A stretch of DNA of 64,000 nt from positions 3,580 through 67,579 of the forward strand of contig CAZPQJ010000006.1 of the NCBI GenBank assembly GCA_964588955.1. The letters run 5' to 3'. Each line of letters opens with the position of its first letter. The stretch's first letter is position 1. Positions 26,265-35,487 of this stretch are shown piece by piece. The DNA comes from an uncultured Gammaproteobacteria bacterium. GTDB lineage: Bacteria; Patescibacteriota; Patescibacteriia; UBA9934; CAMTUG01. The notes under the pieces are model-generated. The model did not search any database, had not been told where the DNA came from, and saw nothing but the letters and a program-made list of their open reading frames with translations. Made by a program: the position numbers and the translations under genes.

Positions 26265-26293
26265 ACTCTACCACTTTTTTGCCCTTTTGTCAA
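26265..26293 (-). promoter_or_regulatory. Sigma70-type promoter of the ORF array
   Basis: TTGACA-17 bp-TAGAGT. Confidence 0.7.
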
Positions 26294-26365
26294 GAGTTCA
26301 GCGCCACTTCATAGCTAATATTAGCCACTTTTTTCCACCCTCTTTTTGTGCTATACTTAGTCAAT

Positions 26366-27202
26366 ATGACGGAATCCGCCCATCAGCTGATTGGACACGC
26401 TCGAGCACTCGATGTGCTTAACCGTCTGCAAACCAACGGCCGGTTGGGGTCAGCTTTGTTGATTGTGGGAGCCAATGGGGTTGGCAAGCGCGCGTTAGTG
26501 GAAATCGTTTTCGGCTCACTCGCGACTAATCCCAATGCCATGGTGATTGAACGGGCGTTGAACGATAAAGACGAACTGAAAAAGAATATCAGCATTGATC
26601 AAGTGCGTGATCTGGTTGCTCGCATGGGTTTGAGTACTTTTGGGACGGGAAAAAAGATCGGCTTGATTGACGGCGCGGAATTCTTGTCGATGGATGCTTC
26701 AAACGCCTTGTTAAAAACGTTAGAAGATCCTACCGGCGACACGCTCATGATTTTGCTGGCCACGTCGACGCAAACGATTCCCGCGACGGTTTTGTCGCGT
26801 TGCCAAACAATCTATTTGCCGTTAGTCGCTCGTGCCGAAATTGTTCGCGCGCTCACGGAGCGTGGAGCGAGCGCGACCGTGGCGAACGAGATCGCCGAGT
26901 CTGCCTGCGGCCGTCCGGGACTGGCGCTGCGACTTCTTCAGAACCCCGAGTTGTTGGCACAACGTCGCGAGCAGGCGCAGCAAGTCAAACAATTGATCTC
27001 TGCACCACTCGCGGTGAAACTCGGACGTATTGGCGAATATACAAAAGCAGACAAAGCGGAACTGGAAGCTACACTCGATACGTGGGAAACAACCCTTCAT
27101 GCCGACGGTCAACATCTGCTACTGAAGAAGTTGATCCGCGCCCGTGCCGCCATTCGTCAAAACGTTCATCCAACCCTGGCACTTGAACACGCCTTTCTTT
27201 AA
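26366..27202 (+). CDS. holB: DNA polymerase III delta' subunit
   Basis: LIGHARA, GANGVGK, ISIDQVR, IDGAEFLSMDASNALLKTLEDP, TVLSRCQ. Confidence 0.9.
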   Translation: MTESAHQLIGHARALDVLNRLQTNGRLGSALLIVGANGVGKRALVEIVFGSLATNPNAMVIERALNDKDELKKNISIDQVRDLVARMGLSTFGTGKKIGLIDGAEFLSMDASNALLKTLEDPTGDTLMILLATSTQTIPATVLSRCQTIYLPLVARAEIVRALTERGASATVANEIAESACGRPGLALRLLQNPELLAQRREQAQQVKQLISAPLAVKLGRIGEYTKADKAELEATLDTWETTLHADGQHLLLKKLIRARAAIRQNVHPTLALEHAFL

Positions 27203-27213
27203 TTATTTTTTGT

Positions 27214-28260
27214 ATGAAAAAAATCATTCTTCTTTTCGTTGCCTTGTCCTTAACTGGCGCCGGTTGTCTAAACGTCAAAACAAAGTCGGTCGACAATGGT
27301 GGTGTGTATGTTACGAACAACGCGGGTGCCAAGTGGTCGGCTAAATCCTTATTGCCAACGGCAAGTGGCGTGGCTTCCATTGATTCAGCCAACGTCGAAG
27401 CGATCACCTTTGATCCGCAAGATCCAGACACGCTGTATTTGGGAACGAGCGCCAACGGCATGTTGGTTTCGTACGACAACGCGGAGAGCTGGCAGTTGAT
27501 TAAAGAGCCAGAAATGCGCAGTGGAACGGTAAAAAGTATTGCCGTGGATCCAAAAGACGTCTGCACTGTGTACGTGGCCAAAGGAGCGAACCTTATGAAA
27601 ACCACCGATTGTCTGCGTTCGTTCGACACGCAAGCGTTTGTGGAAACGAATGGTAAGGCGGTCGATGTGGTGCGTACGGACTGGTATAACGATCAAAACG
27701 TTTGGCTCGGAACGGCCGCTGGAGACATTGTCAAAAGCACTGATGGTGGAAAAAGTTGGTCAACGCTTGGGCGCCCCAAAGATGCGTTGGTCGATATTCT
27801 GGTTAGCAATGGTGACAGCCGCGTGGTCTTTGCGGTGACTGAAAGCAAAGGCATTTGGCGCACCACCGACGGCGGAGCCTTTTGGCATGTGTTGACCGAC
27901 GAGTTAGCGGCGGTCGGAGACTTGGGCAAAGGACGATTCATGACCCAGTCTAAAGACGGCAGCATTTTCTACTACGTTTGCGAGTACGGCATTTTGCGTT
28001 CGGTCGACCAGGGCGCCAGCTGGTCCGCGCTGACCTTGCTCACCAAGCCAAAGAGCACGGTGATTTATTCCATGGCGGTGAGCCCGTTTGATGCCAATGT
28101 GTTGTACTACAGCACGGCTAACACCTTTTATTCTTCCACCGACGGCGGAGCCACCTGGAACACCCGCGAACTGCCTAGCACCCGCACAGCGACGGTGATG
28201 ACGGTGGATCCAAACGATGCTTCGCTGTTGTTGGCAGGATTTGCGACGATAGAAAAGTAG
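27214..28260 (+). CDS. Lipoprotein with BNR/Asp-box beta-propeller (YCF48/VPS10-like)
   Basis: Lipobox TGAGC; repeated S-T-D-G-G-x-S/T-W. Confidence 0.85.
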   Translation: MKKIILLFVALSLTGAGCLNVKTKSVDNGGVYVTNNAGAKWSAKSLLPTASGVASIDSANVEAITFDPQDPDTLYLGTSANGMLVSYDNAESWQLIKEPEMRSGTVKSIAVDPKDVCTVYVAKGANLMKTTDCLRSFDTQAFVETNGKAVDVVRTDWYNDQNVWLGTAAGDIVKSTDGGKSWSTLGRPKDALVDILVSNGDSRVVFAVTESKGIWRTTDGGAFWHVLTDELAAVGDLGKGRFMTQSKDGSIFYYVCEYGILRSVDQGASWSALTLLTKPKSTVIYSMAVSPFDANVLYYSTANTFYSSTDGGATWNTRELPSTRTATVMTVDPNDASLLLAGFATIEK

Positions 28261-28320
28261 TAGTTAAAAACTAAAAACAAAAAGTCTAAGGTCCAAACAA
28301 AGCCTAAAGACGAAAGTCTA
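28261..28320. repeat. A-rich arm of the hairpin element enclosing the four-helix-bundle gene
   Basis: aaagtctaaggtccaaacaaa (28281-28301) is a perfect 21-bp inverted repeat with 28705-28725. Confidence 0.85.
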
Positions 28321-28334
28321 ATGCATAAAACGGT

Positions 28335-28676
28335 ATGTACGAACTAGAAGGTCGTTGTTTGCAGTTCGCTAAAGACGTTAGACTTTTTGTAAAATCTTTA
28401 CCGAAAACCATTGCCAATGCAGAAGACGGCAAACAGCTCATTCGTTCTTCTGGATCCGTAGGAGCGAATTATATTGAAGCCAATGAATCTGTCGGTAAGA
28501 AGGATTTTGTCTTTCGTCTGAAGATTGCCAAAAAAGAAGCTAAGGAGTCCGGGTATTGGTTAAAGTTGATTGATTGCGGATCTGATTCTGCGTTCGTGCA
28601 GCGTGCTGATGCGTTAGTGCAAGAAGCGACAGAGTTGATGTTGATTCTTGCTTCGGTTATTAGAAAGTGTGAATAG
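28335..28676 (+). CDS. Four helix bundle protein (23S rRNA-IVP / TIGR02436, Avd-related fold)
   Basis: LEGRCLQFA, QLIRSSGSVGANYIEA, KDFVFRLKIAKKEAKESGYWL, EATELMLIL. Confidence 0.93.
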   Translation: MYELEGRCLQFAKDVRLFVKSLPKTIANAEDGKQLIRSSGSVGANYIEANESVGKKDFVFRLKIAKKEAKESGYWLKLIDCGSDSAFVQRADALVQEATELMLILASVIRKCE

Positions 28677-28741
28677 TTTTCGCATTCGTTTTTAGTAATT
28701 AGATTTTGTTTGGACCTTAGACTTTAGAATTTAGTCTTTCC
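28677..28741. repeat. T-rich arm of the hairpin element enclosing the four-helix-bundle gene
   Basis: tttgtttggaccttagacttt (28705-28725) plus ttagaat/ttagtct units. Confidence 0.85.
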
Positions 28742-28782
28742 TACTTGGCAATTAAGACTTTTCGAGCTAAACTAGCCCCACT

Positions 28783-29340
28783 ATGCCAACAACCTATATT
28801 GCCAGTAAAAAACCGGAGTTCGACAAGGTGATTGATCATTTGCGCCAGGATTTGTCGAGTTTGCGTACCGGCCGTGCCAACGCCGCGATTTTGGATTCGG
28901 TTAAAGTCGAAGCCTACGGGGCGATGATGGATTTGAAAGGCGTCGGTTCTATTAGCGTGCCGGACGCCAAGACGATCGTGATTGATCCGTGGGATAAATC
29001 GTTGCTCCACGCCATTGAACAAGCGATTCAAAAGTCTGACGTCGGCATCAACCCGGTCAACGACGGAAAGATTATCCGTTTGACCATGCCGCAAATGACC
29101 GAAGAGAGCCGCATGAAGTTAGTGAAAGTGATGAAAGAAAAAGTAGAAGACGCTCGCGTGGCCATGCGCCAGGTGCGTGAAGCCGTGCGCGATGAGATCG
29201 CCCAACAAGAGAAAGAAAAAATGATTGCCGAAGACGAGCGTTTCAAGTTGCAGGATGATTTGGAGAAGTTTGTGAAAGAGATGGGGGGAGAGATCGACGC
29301 GATTGTCAGCAAGAAAGAAGATGAAATAATGACGGTGTAA
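28783..29340 (+). CDS. frr: Ribosome recycling factor
   Basis: LRTGRAN, VEAYG, PWDKS, GINPVNDG, RVAMRQVR. Confidence 0.97.
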   Translation: MPTTYIASKKPEFDKVIDHLRQDLSSLRTGRANAAILDSVKVEAYGAMMDLKGVGSISVPDAKTIVIDPWDKSLLHAIEQAIQKSDVGINPVNDGKIIRLTMPQMTEESRMKLVKVMKEKVEDARVAMRQVREAVRDEIAQQEKEKMIAEDERFKLQDDLEKFVKEMGGEIDAIVSKKEDEIMTV

Positions 29341-29341
29341 T

Positions 29342-30667
29342 ATGGCAGACGTGACGATGGAGAAACTGGTGAATTTGTGCAAAGCTCGGGGGTTTGTTTT
29401 CCCGGGCTCTGACATTTATGGTGGATTGGCGAACTCCTGGGACTACGGTCCGCTGGGGGTTGAGTTGAAAAAGAATATTGTCGACGCCTGGTGGAAGCGC
29501 TTCGTGCAGTCGCGTACCGACATGGTCGGCATCGACGCGGCGTTGGTGATGAATCCAAAAGTATGGGAAGCGTCGGGACACGTGGCCACGTTCACGGATC
29601 CCTTGGTGGAATGCAAACAGTGCCATGAACGCTATCGCGCGGATCAAATTGATTTGAACGCAGCTTGTCAAAAATGTGGAAACAAAGGCATGTTCACTGA
29701 GCCAGCGGCGTTTAACATGATGTTGAAAACGTGGTTGGGTCCTAAGGAAGACGCAAGCGCGGTTGCTTATTTCCGTCCGGAAACGGCGCAAGCGATGTTT
29801 GTGGATTTCCCCTTTGTATTGCAAAGTTCGCGCAAGCGCGTGCCCTTCGGCATTGCTCAAGTCGGCAAAGCGTTTCGTAACGAGATTACTCCCGGTAATT
29901 TTATTTTCCGCACCCGTGAGTTCAATTTGATGGAGTTTGAATTCTTCGTTCATCCATCGGAATGGGAGAAGTGGTTTGAGTATTGGTTAGAGGAAATGAA
30001 AGCGTGGTTGAAGTTTCTGGGAGTCAAAGACGGTGAGGTAGTTTTCCACGAAATTGAAGATGGCGAGCGCGCGCATTATTCCAAACGCACCGTCGACATT
30101 GAATATCACTATCCGTTCGGTTTGAAAGAACTATATGGCTTGGCCTATCGTACCGATTTTGATTTGAAACTTCACATGGAAGCGACAGGGAAGGACTTGC
30201 GTTATACCGATCCAAAGACCAACGAGAAATATCTGCCGCACGTTATTGAACCAGCGTTTGGCGTCGATCGATCTGTTCTCGTGACGCTTCTTTCAGCCTA
30301 CACCGAAGAAGAAGCGCCGACGGCGGAAGAAGGTGAGTCGGCGACGCGTGTTGTCTTGAAGTTACCGAAGTCGCTTGCGCCGTACAAAGTTGCGGTCTTG
30401 CCGCTCTCCAAAAAAGAGGAGCTCTCTGGCAAGTCCAAAGAAGTGTTGGATTTACTCTTGCCTAAATTCGCTTGCGACTACGACGAAACGCAGTCGATTG
30501 GCAAGCGCTATCGCCGACAAGATGAAATTGGTACGCCCTACTGCGTGACAGTGGATTTTGAAACCCTCACCGACCAGGCCGTCACCGTCCGCGACCGCGA
30601 CACCATGGCCCAAGAACGCGTGCCCATCGCCGATCTCCCCGCTTACTTCAACAACAAATTGGCTTAA
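29342..30667 (+). CDS. glyQS: Glycine--tRNA ligase, homodimeric type
   Basis: WDYGPLG, RPETAQ, GKAFRNEITPGNFIFRTREF, VIEPAFG, SIGKRYRRQDEIGTP. Confidence 0.97.
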   Translation: MADVTMEKLVNLCKARGFVFPGSDIYGGLANSWDYGPLGVELKKNIVDAWWKRFVQSRTDMVGIDAALVMNPKVWEASGHVATFTDPLVECKQCHERYRADQIDLNAACQKCGNKGMFTEPAAFNMMLKTWLGPKEDASAVAYFRPETAQAMFVDFPFVLQSSRKRVPFGIAQVGKAFRNEITPGNFIFRTREFNLMEFEFFVHPSEWEKWFEYWLEEMKAWLKFLGVKDGEVVFHEIEDGERAHYSKRTVDIEYHYPFGLKELYGLAYRTDFDLKLHMEATGKDLRYTDPKTNEKYLPHVIEPAFGVDRSVLVTLLSAYTEEEAPTAEEGESATRVVLKLPKSLAPYKVAVLPLSKKEELSGKSKEVLDLLLPKFACDYDETQSIGKRYRRQDEIGTPYCVTVDFETLTDQAVTVRDRDTMAQERVPIADLPAYFNNKLA

Positions 30668-30669
30668 CT

Positions 30670-32073
30670 ATGGAACGCATTGCGCCGCAGTTTGAACGCC
30701 GCGTCGTTCCAGAGGACGAAGAAAAGACAGAGGTGGAAGCACCCCACCAACCTCGTGGTCTTTTACAAGACTCCTGCGTTGCGAGTTCTCGTTGGACACG
30801 TCGTGAATTGACGATGTTGCTTGCGTTCGCTTTGGGTACACCAACTGTCTTGGGAGCGGAATATGTGGGAGTGACGGAATATAATAAGGATGTCGCAGAA
30901 AAGCGCGAAGAACAAGAAACAATGGAAAGTCTTACTGAGGCGTTCCAAGCATCGGCGGAGATCGCGCAAGAGACCCCGTCCATTCGCACCTTGTTTGGAG
31001 AGGAAGCGTCTCATGCCCTCACGGAGGCCGTTCGCGAATTTCCTATTGAGGCGGTGATGCATGCCTTGTCGGAGAAAAGTGGTATTCCTGTTTCGGAACT
31101 CGTGAAGCGTACGCAGTTCAAAGGGGTGCGCTTGCATACGGATGCGGATTTGCATGAAATGCGACAAATGGCGGATCAGATTGCCGACGAAGAAACGCGT
31201 CGTCAACGCCAACATGATTTAGAAAATATTGGATTCAATATTTTAGGCCAAGGATTGTTTTTGAATGTGTCACGTTTGGCGGATGCAACGGCGAGTCCAC
31301 AAGAATTACAAGAACGTTTGCAGGATGTATTGATGCACGAATTCAACCACAGTTGGGTGGGGAGCGAGGGGTTGTATGCCGACGCACGTACAAAAAATCT
31401 TTATGAAGGATTGACGGAAGCTATTGCCACGCGTGTGACAACGGCCGTCCATGGCGGTTCTACATCGTACGATCCGGTCGCTGGGTACATGTACGGTTCA
31501 ACGGCGTTAGCGGAAGTGCTTTTTGCTTCTTTGGGGGAGAGGGTCGTATTCCACGCGTATGTCACGGGAAATCTGAAAGAGATTCAGGAAACCTTTGATG
31601 AGAAGTACGGGACGAAGGCGTTCGACCGGTTGTTGCAAAATGGCGCGACCTCGGACAAAGAACAGGAAAGTAAATACGGTCTCATTGCTCCGTTGGCGAT
31701 GGTGGCGGATGTGTTTGGTGACAAAGCGCCAACATTGGTTGAGGAAGCAAATCGTCATTTAACGGCAGAGCAAATTCATCTGTTTAAACAAGGAGATATG
31801 CGAGGTGTTTTTCTTGTTTCCGATCTGTCCGAAACCGGATTTACGAACGGCTTGTTACGCGTGGAAGGAAGCGACAAGGTTGCGTTATTCGACAATGAGA
31901 ATAAAAATGTCGCGTCGTTGACGGATCAGGCGAGTGGAGTCGTTTACGTGTTTGCTGATCTTCATTCTTCTGGTTTTACCTCGGCACATCAAGAGCCTGG
32001 AACGGTTGATGCCCAAATCACTGATTTAATCACGCAGCGTGAATCGGAACTTCGCACCCAGCTTGGTTCATAA
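30670..32073 (+). CDS. Hypothetical membrane-anchored zinc metalloprotease-like protein
   Basis: TRREL + hydrophobic stretch; LMHEFNH ... YEGLTE (gluzincin-like). Confidence 0.55.
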   Translation: MERIAPQFERRVVPEDEEKTEVEAPHQPRGLLQDSCVASSRWTRRELTMLLAFALGTPTVLGAEYVGVTEYNKDVAEKREEQETMESLTEAFQASAEIAQETPSIRTLFGEEASHALTEAVREFPIEAVMHALSEKSGIPVSELVKRTQFKGVRLHTDADLHEMRQMADQIADEETRRQRQHDLENIGFNILGQGLFLNVSRLADATASPQELQERLQDVLMHEFNHSWVGSEGLYADARTKNLYEGLTEAIATRVTTAVHGGSTSYDPVAGYMYGSTALAEVLFASLGERVVFHAYVTGNLKEIQETFDEKYGTKAFDRLLQNGATSDKEQESKYGLIAPLAMVADVFGDKAPTLVEEANRHLTAEQIHLFKQGDMRGVFLVSDLSETGFTNGLLRVEGSDKVALFDNENKNVASLTDQASGVVYVFADLHSSGFTSAHQEPGTVDAQITDLITQRESELRTQLGS

Positions 32074-32079
32074 AAGTCT

Positions 32080-33363
32080 ATGATGAAATCCCATCTTTTA
32101 AAAAACGGCGCGCGCGTGCACGTGGTGCCGGTGGAAGGAACCGCGGCGACGACGTTGTTGGTGTTGTTTAAAGTTGGATCGCGTAATGAGCAGCTCAAGG
32201 TGTGGGGCGGGTCGCATTTTGTGGAGCACCTCATGTTCAAGGGCACCAAGCGCCGGCCGAAGACGCTGGATATTAGTCGCGAGTTGGATCGTTACGGCGC
32301 CGAGTACAACGCCTACACGGGCAAAGATTTAACCGGCTATTACGTGAAGATTGAAAGTGGGAAAATTGACGTGGCCGTGGATTTGTTGCACGACATGTTG
32401 TTTCATTCGAAATTTGACGCCAAAGAAATGGCGCGCGAGAAGCAGGTGATTATTGAGGAGATCAAAATGTACGAGGAGAATCCGATCATGCATATTGAAG
32501 ATTTGTTGGAAGAGGCGATGTTTGACGGTCACGTGCTTGGACGCAACATTGCTGGTACGGCTAAATCGATGATCGACATGAAGCGGGAAGACGTGATCAG
32601 CTATCACAAAAATTATTACGTCCCGGAAAACATGGTGGTGGTGATGGCCGGCGCGGTGCCTAGGGGGGCGCTCAAAAAGATTGAACGTAGTTTTGGTTCC
32701 GTGGCCAAACGCTCCATCAAGCGTCTCGATGAGCCGTTCGCTGGTAAACGCCCGCCGAACCGTTTGCGGGTACGGGTGCAAAATAAACCAGTGGAGCAGA
32801 TTCAGGTGGCGATCGGTTTCCCCACTCCTGGACGTGCGCACAAAGACGCTGAGGCCTTGAAATTACTTGGGGCAATTTTGGGCGGTACGATGAGTTCGCG
32901 ATTGTTTGTGGAGGTGCGGGAAAAACGCGGCTTGTGTTACACCGTTCGTGCTGGAGTGGACAGCTACGACGATGTGGGAATGTTCACGGTGCGTGCCGGG
33001 CTCGACGCCAAGCGTTTGAGCGAGGCGATGAAAGTGATTATGAGTGAGTTGAAAAAGGTGGTGCGTTCGGGCGTAACCGCCAAAGAGTTGCGCATGGCTA
33101 AAGATAATATTAAAGGTGGAATGCTCTTGCAGTTGGAAGATTCGTCTGCCAGCGCGGAGTTCGTGGCTCGCCAAGAATTGTTTTTGGGCGAAGCGATGAC
33201 GGCCGAAGAACGCATGAAGCGCTTTGAAGCGGTGAAGGGGAGTGATGTGTTGCGCGTTGCTCGCGCGGTGATCGATTTCACGCAAATGAGCGCCGCGGCG
33301 ATCGGGCCGTACAAAACCCCGGCGGAGTTTGTAAAACATTTTCCTAAATCCTCTTTCGCTTAA
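32080..33363 (+). CDS. M16 (pitrilysin) family peptidase
   Basis: SHFVEHLMFKGT (HxxEH), NAYT, SSRLFVEVREKRGLCY. Confidence 0.95.
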   Translation: MMKSHLLKNGARVHVVPVEGTAATTLLVLFKVGSRNEQLKVWGGSHFVEHLMFKGTKRRPKTLDISRELDRYGAEYNAYTGKDLTGYYVKIESGKIDVAVDLLHDMLFHSKFDAKEMAREKQVIIEEIKMYEENPIMHIEDLLEEAMFDGHVLGRNIAGTAKSMIDMKREDVISYHKNYYVPENMVVVMAGAVPRGALKKIERSFGSVAKRSIKRLDEPFAGKRPPNRLRVRVQNKPVEQIQVAIGFPTPGRAHKDAEALKLLGAILGGTMSSRLFVEVREKRGLCYTVRAGVDSYDDVGMFTVRAGLDAKRLSEAMKVIMSELKKVVRSGVTAKELRMAKDNIKGGMLLQLEDSSASAEFVARQELFLGEAMTAEERMKRFEAVKGSDVLRVARAVIDFTQMSAAAIGPYKTPAEFVKHFPKSSFA

Positions 33364-33364
33364 T

Positions 33365-34114
33365 ATGAAATGGATTGTCGCCAACTGGAAGATGCAACTT
33401 GGACATTGTGCCGCGGTTGATTTGACCAAGACGCTCAAGAAATCGCTTGGAAAAGCCAAGGCGCAGATTGTGCTCTGCCCATCGTTTACGGCGATCGAGG
33501 CCGTGGGTGCCGTACTCGACACAAGTTCTCTCGCTTTGGGAGCGCAAAACGTGTGCGCGGAAATGGTTGGCGCGCGCACGGGGGAGATTTCGCCACTGCA
33601 TTTAGGTGAGCTTGGCGTGCAGTATGTGATTGTTGGTCATTCCGAGCGCCGTGCCCATGGCGAAACCGATGCGGAGGTCAATCAAAAAGTTATTTCCGTC
33701 TTGTCTGCGGGCATGACTCCGATCATCTGCGTTGGCGAAACAAAGGCGCAGCGCAAAGCGGGAAAAACTAACGCGATCGTAGCGGCGCAAGTTAAAGCCG
33801 CGCTCAAAGGATTGCACACCCGCCATCGCGAGCGATTGATCTTTGCCTACGAGCCCGTGTGGGCCATCTCCTCACAAGCGGGGAGCAAGCCCGCCATTCC
33901 CTCCGACGTCGTCCCGGTGCACCAGATGATTCGCCGCACCGCCCTTGCCGCCATCAAAGGGATCAAAGCTTCACAAATCTCCGTGCTCTACGGCGGCAGT
34001 GTCGACGCCAAAAACGCCCGTGCCTTCCTTAGCGAGAAGGAAATCGATGGTGCGTTGGTTGGTGGAGCCAGTCTTGACGCCGTGGCCTTTAAGCGTATTG
34101 TCGAGAGCCTATGA
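33365..34114 (+). CDS. tpiA: Triosephosphate isomerase
   Basis: ANWKM, GHSERR, AYEPVWAI, LYGGSV, GALVGGAS. Confidence 0.96.
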   Translation: MKWIVANWKMQLGHCAAVDLTKTLKKSLGKAKAQIVLCPSFTAIEAVGAVLDTSSLALGAQNVCAEMVGARTGEISPLHLGELGVQYVIVGHSERRAHGETDAEVNQKVISVLSAGMTPIICVGETKAQRKAGKTNAIVAAQVKAALKGLHTRHRERLIFAYEPVWAISSQAGSKPAIPSDVVPVHQMIRRTALAAIKGIKASQISVLYGGSVDAKNARAFLSEKEIDGALVGGASLDAVAFKRIVESL

Positions 34115-34950
34115 TACTCATCTTGATTCCTTGGATCCTGATCGGCATCTGCGCGGTGGTGTTATTGATTGTGGCCTTGCGCAAGATTCCGTATTTGCGA
34201 GCGTTGGATGTATTGAGTATTCCTAAAACCCGCGCCGCGGCGCTCAAGAATAGTTTGGTCGCCAAACGTTTGGAGCGCGCCGGCGCCAAATGGGGCAAAG
34301 CCGTTAAGGTGGTGCTCACCCCTGTCGCTTTTGTAGGTAAAGTGGGCGTTCATTCGTTGAAAGCCAAAGTGATGAGTTTGGAAGAGCGATATCAGCGGTT
34401 GAAAAAAGAAGCGGTTGATCCGAGCATGACCGATCCAGCGCTTGTGAAACGCATGCTCGCGGAAGCGGAGACGCTGGGTAAAGAAGGACGTTACGGTGAA
34501 GCGGAGAAAAAACTGATTGAGGTGCTGAGTCATGATCCTAAAAATATGGGGATCTATGAAGAACTCGGCCGCTTGTACATGCTCACCAAAAATTACGATC
34601 AAGCCGAAGAAACATTGTCGTTTATTTTGAAGACCAACCCCAATGACGCTTCGGTATTGGTGAGTCTTGGAGAAGTGGAGTTGAAGCGCGAGAATCCCAA
34701 AGCGGCGGCGATTTATTTTGTGAAGGCCACTCGCAAGCGCCCGAAAAATCCTAAGTACTTGGATTTCCTGGTGGAAGCGAGTATTCAAGCGGGAGATTTA
34801 GAATTGGCTAAAAAGACCTTGGCACGGTTGTCGCTTGTTAATCCAGAAAATCAAAAGATTGGCGAATTCCAAGAGCGGATTGAGGCAAAAGAGACGGTGG
34901 GGCAGGAAAAGGAGAAAGAGGTAAAGCAGGAGAAAATCTTGGATAATTAG
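34111..34950 (+). CDS. Membrane-anchored TPR protein
   Basis: N-terminal TM; TPR-like helices ending DPKN, NPND, RPKN, NPEN. Confidence 0.85.
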   Translation: MILILIPWILIGICAVVLLIVALRKIPYLRALDVLSIPKTRAAALKNSLVAKRLERAGAKWGKAVKVVLTPVAFVGKVGVHSLKAKVMSLEERYQRLKKEAVDPSMTDPALVKRMLAEAETLGKEGRYGEAEKKLIEVLSHDPKNMGIYEELGRLYMLTKNYDQAEETLSFILKTNPNDASVLVSLGEVELKRENPKAAAIYFVKATRKRPKNPKYLDFLVEASIQAGDLELAKKTLARLSLVNPENQKIGEFQERIEAKETVGQEKEKEVKQEKILDN

Positions 34951-34967
34951 ACTGTGGGTGAACGCTC

Positions 34968-34996
34968 TTGCCAACCATCGGTCAATCCGTTATATT
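34968..34996 (+). promoter_or_regulatory. Sigma70-type promoter for the tRNA-Thr transcript
   Basis: TTGCCA-17 bp-TATATT. Confidence 0.65.
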
Positions 34997-35024
34997 AACG
35001 CCGCCCCAGGTTGGATCGGAAGCG

Positions 35025-35147
35025 AGGTTTGCTTATTTTGAGAACAGTACAAGGCGCGGGTGGCGAGTTCGGAGACGTACTGATTCAAGTACGTTGAGGA
35101 ATGAGCCGGGACCCGCAACGCCGTAATGTTCCAAAATAAGCAAACCT
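35025..35147 (+). repeat. Rod-shaped palindromic element in the tRNA-Thr leader; core homologous to 7697-7814
   Basis: 16-bp perfect arms aggtttgcttattttg/caaaataagcaaacct; shared core blocks. Confidence 0.7.
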
Positions 35148-35154
35148 TAATCCA

Positions 35155-35230
35155 GCCGCGGTAGCTCAGTTGGTAGAGCGCATCCATGGTAAGGATGAGG
35201 TCGCCAGTTCAATCCTGGCCCGTGGCTCCA
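35155..35230 (+). tRNA. tRNA-Thr(GGT)
   Basis: Canonical cloverleaf; CAUCC-AUGGUAA-GGAUG; CCA encoded. Confidence 0.97.
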
Positions 35231-35487
35231 TCAGAACGTCGTCCCAACGGGCGATGTTTTGTTTTGGGCCCTAGAAAAAAGACAAACCTCGCGTCGAGAA
35301 TGGCAGCATCCAAGAGTTGGAGTTTGTCGTCTCGCGCGGGGCGAGAGTTGGTCACGGCTTGCGTCGAGTCAGCGGAACGACCGCACTATGTAGGATGATT
35401 CCCTGAACGGGATAGAAAAGATCTGTCCAGTGTCCGCTCCAGTCTTTTTCTTTACCTTTTTCCGTGTCGGGGTTATCCTATTGGTAC

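Noticed and set aside
28335-28676. Diversity-generating retroelement (Avd-like gene)
   Set aside because: No reverse transcriptase and no TR/VR pair with adenine-specific differences in the window.
35025-35147. 6S or SRP RNA
   Set aside because: No SRP domain IV motif; the core recurs in the rplJ UTR, which favours a repeat element.
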